Source: the human T2T-CHM13v2.0 reference genome, Homo sapiens
NCBI GenBank assembly: GCA_009914755.4
Contig: CP086569.2
Span: 12,160,001-12,224,000, forward strand
Direction: 5' to 3'
Length of the DNA stretch: 64,000 bases
Shown piece after piece: positions 54,501 to 64,000 of this stretch (position 1 is the stretch's first letter; every line of letters begins with the position of its first letter). The position numbers were made by a program, and so were the translations under genes. Below the pieces are notes generated by a model. That model saw only the letters and a list, made by a program, of their open reading frames with translations. It was not told the DNA's origin and did not search any database.

Positions 54501-57158
54501 GTAGAAAGAAAAGAAGTTTAATCGAATGATATCGAATGGAATTGAATGGAATGTAGGCGAATGGAATAGACTGGAATGGAGTGGAGTGACATGTAATGGA
54601 ATCGAAAGGAATGGAATCGAATGAAATGGAATTGAATGGAATAGAAAGGAATAGAATGGAATGGAGTTTAATGGAAAGATATTAAAAGTAATGGAATGGA
54701 ATTGAGTGGACACGAATGGAATGGACTGGAATGTAAAGGACTCGAATGAAGTGGACCGCATTAGAATGGACTCGAATGGAATGGATTAGAGTGGAATGGT
54801 TTTTAATGGATTGGAAACGAATGGAATGGAAAGGAATAGAATGGAATGTAATCAAATGGAACGAAATGGAATGGAATGGATTCGACTGGAACAGAACTGA
54901 ATGTAGTGGAATTGAGTGGAATGGAATGCAATCGAATGGAATGGACAGGAATGGAATAGAATGAAATGAAATGGCATGGAATGGAATGGAATGGAATGGA
55001 ATGGAATGGAATGGAATGGAATGGAATGGCATGGCTTGGAATGGAATGGAATGGCATGGAATGAAATTGATTGGTATGGGATGGGCCCAACAGTAATGGA
55101 CTCACAGAAAAGGGACTCAAATAGAATGAATTGGAAAGAAACGGTCTCGAATGTAATTTATTCGAATAGAATGATATTGAATGGAATGCGATAGTATGGA
55201 ATGGTATCGAATAGAATGGAATAGAATGGAATGGAATGGAACGGAATGGAGTGCATTTGAACGGACTCCAATGCAACAAATTGCAATATAATTGATTCAA
55301 ATGGAATGGAATCGAATAGAATGTAAACAAATGAAATGGAAGGCAATGCAATGGAAAGGAATCGAATGAAATGGAATAAATGGGATGGAATCGAATGGAA
55401 AGGACGCGAATATAATGGACTGTTAAGGAAAGGTCTCGAATCGAATTTATTCCAATAGAATGGAATCGAACGGAATGCAATACTGTTGAATCGAATCGAA
55501 TGGAATGGAATTGAATGGAATGGACAGGAATGGAATGAACTGGAAGTGAATGGAAAAGAACGTAATATAGTGCAATGTAATTTATTCAAATGGAATGGAA
55601 TGCAATCGAATGGAATGGACTCGATTGGAATGGACTGGAGTGGAATGGACTGAAACGGAATGGAAAGGAATGTAATGGAATGGAACGGAAAGCAAAGGAA
55701 TCTACTGGAATAGAATCGAATGGAACAGAAAGGAATGGAATGGAATGGAGTGGAATGGACTCGAATGGAATGTAATCGAATGTAATGGACCAGAAAGGAA
55801 TGGAATCCAATGGAATGGAATTGAATGGAATCAAAAGGAATAGAAAGGAATAGAGTGTAATTGAATGATACCGAATGGAAGGAAATGGAATGAAGTCGAA
55901 TGGAATGCACTGGAATGGAATGGACTCGATCAGAACGGACTGGAGAGGAATGTACACAAATGGAATGGAAACGAATGGAATGGAATGAAATGGAATGGAA
56001 TGAAATGGAATTGAAAGGAACGGAATCAAATGGAATGGAATGGATTGGAATAGAATGGATTCAAATAAAATAGAATCGATAGGAATGGTATTGAATGGAA
56101 GGGACTTGAATGGAATGGAAATCAATGGAAGATATTGGAATCGAATGGCATCGAATGAAATGGAATGGAACGGAATGGAACGGACCCGAATGGAATGGAA
56201 TGGACTCAAATGTAATGGACTCGAATGGAATCGACTGAAATATAATAGACTCGAAAGGAATGGCTTCCAGCGGAATTTATTTGAATAGAATTGAATCAAA
56301 TGGAATACAAGAGTATTGAATGGAATCGAATGGAATGGAATCGAATGGAATGGAACGGAATTCAATATAATGCAGTAGAATGGAATGCATTGGAAAGGAG
56401 CAGAGTGGAATCGAGTGGAATGGAATCGAGTGGAATGGAATCAAAGGGAACGAAATCGAATTGAATGGACTTGAATGGAATTGAGTCGAAAGGAATTGAC
56501 TCGAAAGGAATGGACTGGAACAAAAAGGAATGAAATGGACAGGAATGGAATGGAATGGACTCGAATGGAATGGAGTCAAATGCAAACGCATCGAATGGAA
56601 TGGATTCAAATGGAATGCAATTGAATGGAATAGAAAGGAAGAGAATGGAATTGAGAGTAATGGGAAGATATCGATTGGAATGAAATGGAATGGAAAGGAA
56701 TTGAATGGAAAGGAATGGACTCGAAAGAAATGGATTGGAATGGAATGGTCTCCAATGGAATGGACTGGAGTGGAATGGAATCGAATGGAATGAAAAGAAT
56801 GGAACGGAATGGAACGGAAACGAATAGAATGTTATGGAATCCGATTGGACAGAATGGAATGGAATGGACTTTCATGAAATGGAGTCGAATAGAGTGGCAT
56901 CAAAAGGAATGGAATGGAATGGAGTGGACTCAAAAGGAACGGACTCGAAAGGAATGGCGTCGAAGCAAATTGAATCAAATGGATTGGAGTCGAACAGAAT
57001 GGAATGGAATGGAATGAAGTCGACTGGAGTAGAGAGGAATGTAAAGGAATAGAATGGAATGTAATCAAATGGATTGCAAGTGAATGGAATCAAAAATAAT
57101 AGAAAGGAATGGAGTGTAAAGGGATGATATTGAATAAAATGGAATGGAATGGAATTTA
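51573..57158. repeat. HSat3 HOR copy H9 (5586 bp, late-type, near-identical to H10 and H11).
   Basis: Anchor at 51573 and 57159. Many ORF translations of 100-225 aa are identical to those of H10 and H11. Confidence 0.85.
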
Positions 57159-60100
57159 ATGGAATGGAGTTGAAGGAATGGACAGGAATGTAATGGACTC
57201 CAAAGGAATGGAATGGATGAAAATGGATTTGAACAGATTGGAATCGAACGGAATGGAATGCAATGGAATGGAATGGACTCGAATGGAGAAGAGACAAATG
57301 GAATGGAAACGAATTCAATGGAATTGAAAAGAATAGAATGGAATGGCCTGTAATGGTAAGATACTAAATGGAATGGAATTGAATGGAATGTAGTGGAATG
57401 GACCCAAATGTAATGCACTCGAATGGAATATACTGAAATAGAATGGAATCGAAAGGAAAGGTCTCAAATGGAATTTATTCAATACAATGGAATCGAATGG
57501 AATGCAATAGAATGGAAAGGAATCGAATGTAATGGAATCAAATAGAATGGACCAGACTGGAATGGACTGCCATAGAACGGACTGCAGTGTAATGGATTGA
57601 ATTCTAATTCATTCAAATGGAATGGAATTGAATGGAATGGAATCCAATGGAATAGATAGGATTGTACTGGAATGGAATAGCATGGAATGCAACGGAGTGG
57701 AATGGAGTTGAATGAAGTGGAATGGAATCGATTGGAATGGAATCAAATGGAATGGACGGGAATGGAATGGACTGGAAGAGAACAGACTCGAATACAATGG
57801 ATTGCAATGTAATTGATTCAAATGGAATGGAATCGAATGGAATGTAATAAAATTGAAGGGATTGGAGTTCAATGCAAAGGAATAGAATGGAATGCAAAGG
57901 AAAGGAAAGGCACGGAGTGAAATCGAGTGTAATGGAATCGAATGGAATGAAATCGAATGGAATGGACTCAAAAGAAATGGACGAGGGACAAAACGGAATC
58001 AAACTGATTGGAATGGAATGGAACGGAATGGAATGGAATGGTCTCCATTGGATGGGAGTAGAACGGATTGGAATGGAATGGAATGAAATGGAATGGAAAG
58101 GAATAGAATGGAATGGAAAGGAATGGAAGGTAATGGAAAGATATCGAACGGATTGGAAAGGAATGGAATGGACGCTAATGGAATGGAATGGAATTCAACA
58201 GAAACGAATGGAATGGACTGGAGTGAAATGGAGTCGAATGTAATTGACTGGAGAGGAATGGACTCGAAAGGAATGGACTCGAATAGAATGGACAGGAATG
58301 GATTGTACTCGAATGGAGTGGAAAGGAATAAAATGGATTCCACCAGATTGGAATGGAACAGAATGTAATGGAATGGAATGGAATGCAATGGAATGGCTCG
58401 AATGGAATGGAGTCGAATGCAATGGAAGAGAAAGGAAAGGAATTGAATGGAATTGAAAGTAATAGAATTAAATGGAGTACAAAGGAAAGATATCGAATGG
58501 AATGGATCTAAAAGAAATAGAATGGAATTGACAGGAATGGAATGGAATAGACTGGCGTGCAATGAAAACGAATGGAATGGAAACGAATGGAATGGAATGG
58601 AAAGGAATGGAGTAGAATAAATACTATGGAATGGAATGGAATGGAATGGAATGGAATGGAATGGAATGGAATGGAATGGAATGGAGGCGAAAGAAAATGA
58701 ATGGATTGGAATGTCACCGAATGGAAAGATATGGAATGGAAGGGAATGGATACGAATGGAATGGAATAGAAAGGAAGGGAAAGGTAAAGAATGGAATGGA
58801 ATCGGATAGAATGGAATGCAATATAATGGAGTCGAATGGAAATTAATCGAGTAGAATGATATCGAATGGAATGGAATTTAATGGAATGAAATGGAATGGA
58901 ATGGAATGGAATGGAATGGACTCGAATGGAATGTACTCAAATGGATTAGAATAGAATGGAATGGAACTAAACGTAATGAACTCGAATGGAATGGACACAA
59001 ATAGAATGGAAGAGAAAGGAATGGTATTGAATGGAATGTATTCGAATAGAATGGAATTCAATGGAATGCAACAGTGTGGCATGGAATCAAATGGAATGGA
59101 ATCGAATGGAATGGACCCGAGTGGAATGGACTCATAGAACATCCTCGAATGTAATGGATTACAATGTATTAGATTTGAAAGGACTGAAATCGAATGGAAT
59201 GTAATCAAATAGAACGGAATTGAATGCATGGAATGGCATAGAAAGTAATGCAATGGAATGGAATAGACTGGAATGGAATGGAATCGGATGGAATGTAATG
59301 AAATGTAATGGAAGGAATGCCATGGAATGAAATGGAATGGAATGCAATGGGACGGTGTATAATGGAGTGCAATGGATTTCAGTGGAATGTAGTCCAAAGG
59401 AATGAAATAGAATGGAATTCAATATAATGGAATGGCATCCAATGGCAAGGAATGGAGCGGACTCCAATGGAAACGACATGAAAGGACTATAATATAATGG
59501 AATGGCATTGAACGAAATGGAATGCAATGGAGTTAAAAGGTAAAATATCGAATGGAAAAGAATTGAATGGACTCGAATGGAATATAATGGAATGGAATGG
59601 ACTCGAATGGAATGTACTAGAGTTGAATGGAATCGCATGGAATGGAAAACAATGGAAAGGAAAGGAAGGGAATTGAAAGTAAAGGAATAGAATGGAATGG
59701 AATCGGATGGAACGGAATTGAATGGAATGGAAACTAAAGGAATAGAACAGAAAGGAATGGCATTGAATGGAATGGAAAGGAATGGAATCAGATGGAACAG
59801 AAAGGAATGGAATAGAATCGAATGGAATGGCATCGAATGGTTTGGAATGGAATGTAATGGAATGGAATGGAAAGGAATGGAATGGACTCAAATGGAATGT
59901 ACTCAAATGGAATAGAATAGAATGGAATGGAAGTAAATATAATGGACTCGAGTGGAATGGATTGGAATAAATTGGAATTGAATGTAATGGATTCGAATGG
60001 AAAGGAATGGAATGGAATGGAATGGAATGGATTCGAATAGAATGGAACGAATTGGAATGTAATTGAATGGAGTCGAAAACAGTAGAAAGAAAAGAAGTTT

Positions 60101-62739
60101 AATCGAATGATATCGAATGGAATTGAATGGAATGTAGGCGAATGGAATAGACTGGAATGGAGTGGAGTGACATGTAATGGAATCGAAAGGAATGGAATCG
60201 AATGAAATGGAATTGAATGGAATAGAAAGGAATAGAATGGAATGGAGTTTAATGGAAAGATATTAAAAGTAATGGAATGGAATTGAGTGGACACGAATGG
60301 AATGGACTGGAATGTAAAGGACTCGAATGAAGTGGACCGCATTAGAATGGACTCGAATGGAATGGATTAGAGTGGAATGGTTTTTAATGGATTGGAAACG
60401 AATGGAATGGAAAGGAATAGAATGGAATGTAATCAAATGGAACGAAATGGAATGGAATGGATTCGACTGGAACAGAACTGAATGTAGTGGAATTGAGTGG
60501 AATGGAATGCAATCGAATGGAATGGACAGGAATGGAATAGAATGAAATGAAATGGCATGGAATGGAATGGAATGGAATGGAATGGAATGGAATGGAATGG
60601 AATGGAATGGCATGGCTTGGAATGGAATGGAATGGCATGGAATGAAATTGATTGGTATGGGATGGGCCCAACAGTAATGGACTCACAGAAAAGGGACTCA
60701 AATAGAATGAATTGGAAAGAAACGGTCTCGAATGTAATTTATTCGAATAGAATGATATTGAATGGAATGCGATAGTATGGAATGGTATTGAATAGAATGG
60801 AATAGAATGGAATGGAATGGAACGGAATGGAGTGCATTTGAACGGACTCCAATGCAACAAATTGCAATATAATTGATTCAAATGGAATGGAATCGAATAG
60901 AATGTAAACAAATGAAATGGAAGGCAATGCAATGGAAAGGAATCGAATGAAATGGAATAAATGGGATGGAATCGAATGGAAAGGACGCGAATATAATGGA
61001 CTGTTAAGGAAAGGTCTCGAATCGAATTTATTCCAATAGAATGGAATCGAACGGAATGCAATACTGTTGAATCGAATCGAATGGAATGGAATTGAATGGA
61101 ATGGACAGGAATGGAATGAACTGGAAGTGAATGGAAAAGAACGTAATATAGTGCAATGTAATTTATTCAAATGGAATGGAATGCAATCGAATGGAATGTA
61201 CTCGATTGGAATGGACTGGAGTGGAATGGACTGAAACGGAATGGAAAGGAATGTAATGGAATGGAACGGAAAGCAAAGGAATCTACTGGAATAGAATCGA
61301 ACGGAACAGAAAGGAATGGAATGGAATGGAGTGGAATGGACTCGAATGGAATGTAATCGAATGTAATGGACCAGAAAGGAATGGAATCCAATGGAATGGA
61401 ATTGAATGGAATCAAAAGGAATAGAAAGGAATAGAGTGTAATTGAATGATACCGAATGGAAGGAAATGGAATGAAGTCGAATGGAATGCACTGGAATGGA
61501 ATGGACTCGATCAGAACGGACTGGAGAGGAATGTACACAAATGGAATGGAAACGAATGGAATGGAATGAAATGGAATGGAATGAAATGGAATTGAAAGGA
61601 ACGGAATCAAATGGAATGGAATGGATTGGAATAGAATGGATTCAAATAAAATAGAATCGATAGGAATGGTATTGAATGGAAGGGACTTGAATGGAATGGA
61701 AATCAATGGAAGATATTGGAATCGAATGGCATCGAATGAAATGGAATGGAACGGAATGGAACGGACCCGAATGGAATGGAATGGACTGAAATGTAATGGA
61801 CTCGAATGGAATCGACTGAAATATAATAGACTCGAAAGGAATGGCTTCCAGCGGAATTTATTTGAATAGAATTGAATCAAATGGAATACAAGAGTATTGA
61901 ATGGAATCGAATGGAATGGAATCGAATGGAATGGAACGGAATTCAATATAATGGAGTAGAATGGAATGCATTGGAAAGGAGCAGAGTGGAATCGAGTGGA
62001 ATGGAATCGAGTGGAATGGAATCAAAGGGAACGAAATCGAATTGAATGGACTTGAATGGAATTGACTCGAAAGGAATTGACTCGAAAGGAATGGACTGGA
62101 ACAAAAAGGAATGAAATGGACAGGAATGGAATGGAATGGACTCGAATGGAATGGAGTCAAATGCAAACGCATCGAATGGAATGGATTCAAATGGAATGCA
62201 ATTGAATGGAATAGAAAGGAAGAGAATGGAATTGAGAGTAATGGAAAGATATCGATTGGAATGAAATGGAATGGAAAGGAATTGAATGGAAAGGAATGGA
62301 CTCGAAAGAAATGGATTGGAATGGAATGGTCTCCAATGGAATGGACTGGAGTGGAATGGAATCGAATGGAATGAAAAGAATGGAACGGAATGGAACGGAA
62401 ACGAATAGAATGTTATGGAATCCGATTGGACAGAATGGAATGGAATGGACTTTCATGAAATGGAGTCGAATAGAGTGGCATCAAAAGGAATGGAATGGAA
62501 TGGAGTGGACTCAAAAGGAACGGACTCGAAAGGAATGGCGTCGAAGCAAATTGAATCAAATGGATTGGAGTCGAACAGAATGGAATGGAATGGAATGAAG
62601 TCGACTGGAGTAGAGAGGAATGTAAAGGAATAGAATGGAATGTAATCAAATGGATTGCAAGTGAATGGAATCAAAAATAATAGAAAGGAATGGAGTGTAA
62701 AGGGATGATATTGAATAAAATGGAATGGAATGGAATTTA
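57159..62739. repeat. HSat3 HOR copy H10 (5581 bp, late-type).
   Basis: Anchor at 57159 and 62740. Confidence 0.85.
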
Positions 62740-64000
62740 ATGGAATGGAGTTGAAGGAATGGACAGGAATGTAATGGACTCCAAAGGAATGGAATGGATG
62801 AAAATGGATTTGAACAGATTGGAATCGAACGGAATGGAATGCAATGGAATGGAATGGACTCGAATGGAGAAGAGACAAATGGAATGGAAACGAATTCAAT
62901 GGAATTGAAAAGAATAGAATGGAATGGCCTGTAATGGTAAGATACTAAATGGAATGGAATTGAATGGAATGTAGTGGAATGGACCCAAATGTAATGCACT
63001 CGAATGGAATATACTGAAATAGAATGGAATCGAAAGGAAAGGTCTCAAATGGAATTTATTCAATACAATGGAATCGAATGGAATGCAATAGAATGGAAAG
63101 GAATCGAATGTAATGGAATCAAATAGAATGGACCAGACTGGAATGGACTGCCATAGAACGGACTGCAGTGTAATGGATTGAATTCTAATTCATTCAAATG
63201 GAATGGAATTGAATGGAATGGAATCCAATGGAATAGATAGGATTGTACTGGAATGGAATAGCATGGAATGCAACGGAGTGGAATGGAGTTGAATGAAGTG
63301 GAATGGAATCGATTGGAATGGAATCAAATGGAATGGACGGGAATGGAATGGACTGGAAGAGAACAGACTCGAATACAATGGATTGCAATGTAATTGATTC
63401 AAATGGAATGGAATCGAATGGAATGTAATAAAATTGAAGGGATTGGAGTTCAATGCAAAGGAATAGAATGGAATGCAAAGGAAAGGAAAGGCACGGAGTG
63501 AAATCGAGTGTAATGGAATCGAATGGAATGAAATCGAATGGAATGGACTCAAAAGAAATGGACGAGGGACAAAACGGAATCAAACTGATTGGAATCGAAA
63601 GGAACGGAATGGAATGGAATGGTCTCCATTGGATGGGAGTAGAACGGATTGGAATGGAATGGAATGAAATGGAATGGAAAGGAATAGAATGGAATGGAAA
63701 GGAATGGAAGGTAATGGAAAGATATCGAACGGATTGGAAAGGAATGGAATGGACGCTAATGGAATGGAATGGAATTCAACAGAAACGAATGGAATGGACT
63801 GGAGTGAAATGGAGTCGAATGTAATTGACTGGAGAGGAATGGACTCGAAAGGAATGGACTCGAATAGAATGGACAGGAATGGATTGTACTCGAATGGAGT
63901 GGAAAGGAATAAAATGGATTCCACCAGATTGGAATGGAACAGAATGTAATGGAATGGAATGGAATGCAATGGAATGGCTCGAATGGAATGGAGTCGAATG
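62740..64000. repeat. HSat3 HOR copy H11 (partial, truncated by the window end).
   Basis: Anchor at 62740. The sequence is co-linear with H9 and H10 to the window end. Confidence 0.8.

Larger units (their letters stand above)
1..64000. repeat. Human Satellite III (HSat3; (GGAAT)n / (ATTCC)n pericentromeric satellite), continuous across the window. The GGAAT strand is the + strand.
   Basis: The sequence is dominated by aatgg/ggaat pentamers, with CGAAT, GTAAT and GCAAT variants. Diverged decamers such as ggacccgagt and ggacccgaat resemble the CAACCCGA(A/G)T motif typical of HSat3. The + strand is almost entirely G+A+T and C is rare. All ORFs in the track translate to MEWNG or IPFHS low-complexity peptides. 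Confidence 0.92.

Noticed and set aside
1-64000. Alpha satellite (171-bp monomers) or HSat2 as alternative identities.
   Set aside because: No 171-bp periodicity or alpha-satellite consensus is present. The array is dominated by near-perfect GGAAT pentamers with CAACCCGAGT-like decamers, which are HSat3 traits, rather than the more diverged 23/26-bp ATTCGATTCC-type units of HSat2. Subfamily and chromosome still need a database alignment.
45986-64000. A possible ~11.2-kb super-HOR (an alternating dimer of 5.58-kb HORs) across H8-H11.
   Set aside because: One site alternates: 'ggaatggaatggaacgg' in H8 and H10 against 'ggaatcgaaaggaacgg' in H9 and H11. Other variant sites do not alternate. Examples are 'accagaatgg' in H8 only and a 'gtaatgtaatgg' 5-bp insertion in H9 only. 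The pattern is mosaic rather than a dimeric period.
1-64000. CRISPR arrays, mobile elements, tRNA or rRNA genes, and a novel gene system.
   Set aside because: All periodicity is explained by satellite HOR structure, with no spacer-like unique segments. No stretch departs from GGAAT-derived sequence long enough to be an Alu, L1 or other insertion. No non-satellite sequence is present at all.
1-64000. Assignment to the Y-chromosome DYZ1 array, the 9q12 array or the D15Z1 array.
   Set aside because: The observed HOR of about 5.5 kb does not match the DYZ1 (about 3.56 kb) or D15Z1 (about 1.8 kb) periods I recall. I cannot recall the exact 9q12 HOR structure. The locus needs an alignment to a T2T assembly and is left unassigned.

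Overview
The whole 64-kb window is human-type Satellite III (HSat3, classical satellite 3), a pericentromeric satellite built from the pentamer GGAAT / ATTCC. The purine-rich GGAAT strand is the + strand. I see no protein-coding genes, RNA genes, transposon insertions or unique-sequence islands. Every entry in the six-frame ORF track is a repeat artefact: the + strand reads as 'MEWNGMEWNG...' and the - strand as 'IPFHSIPFHS...'. This follows because pure ATTCC repeats contain no stop codon in any frame and GGAAT repeats supply an ATG every 5 nt. The - strand ORFs reach 646 aa by chance.

What is worth a second look is the array architecture, which has several levels:

- Sub-repeat array (1-6875). 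Five tandem copies of a ~1377-bp sub-repeat, called unit A here, each made of a ~90-bp 'head' and an 'A body'.
- Higher-order repeat (6876-64000). About 10.2 tandem copies of a ~5.5-kb higher-order repeat (HOR), labelled H1 to H11. Periods at one anchor are 5489, 5508, 6060, 5491, 5510, 5531, 5521, 5587, 5586 and 5581 bp. The HOR contains a head-less version of the A body near its 3' end.
- One enlarged copy. H3 is 6060 bp because it carries about 1.4 extra copies of the A-type unit. One of them is internally deleted. This is the same head-to-A-body junction that is amplified five times at the window start.
- Two variant domains. H1 to H5 are 'early-type' (~5.49-5.51 kb) and the tail of H5 through H11 are 'late-type' (~5.52-5.59 kb). 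The switch is in register at ~33.5-34.0 kb. H9 to H11 look nearly identical, which suggests recent homogenisation.
- Smaller markers. A 33-bp indel flanked by 9-bp direct repeats. Length-polymorphic pure (AATGG)n tracts of 4-13 units at fixed HOR positions. A once-per-HOR GGGCCC (ApaI) site that is mutated in the sister copies H2 and H3.

The chromosome of origin cannot be assigned from the sequence alone. I found no evidence of a new biological system. This is ordinary, though nicely structured, pericentromeric satellite.
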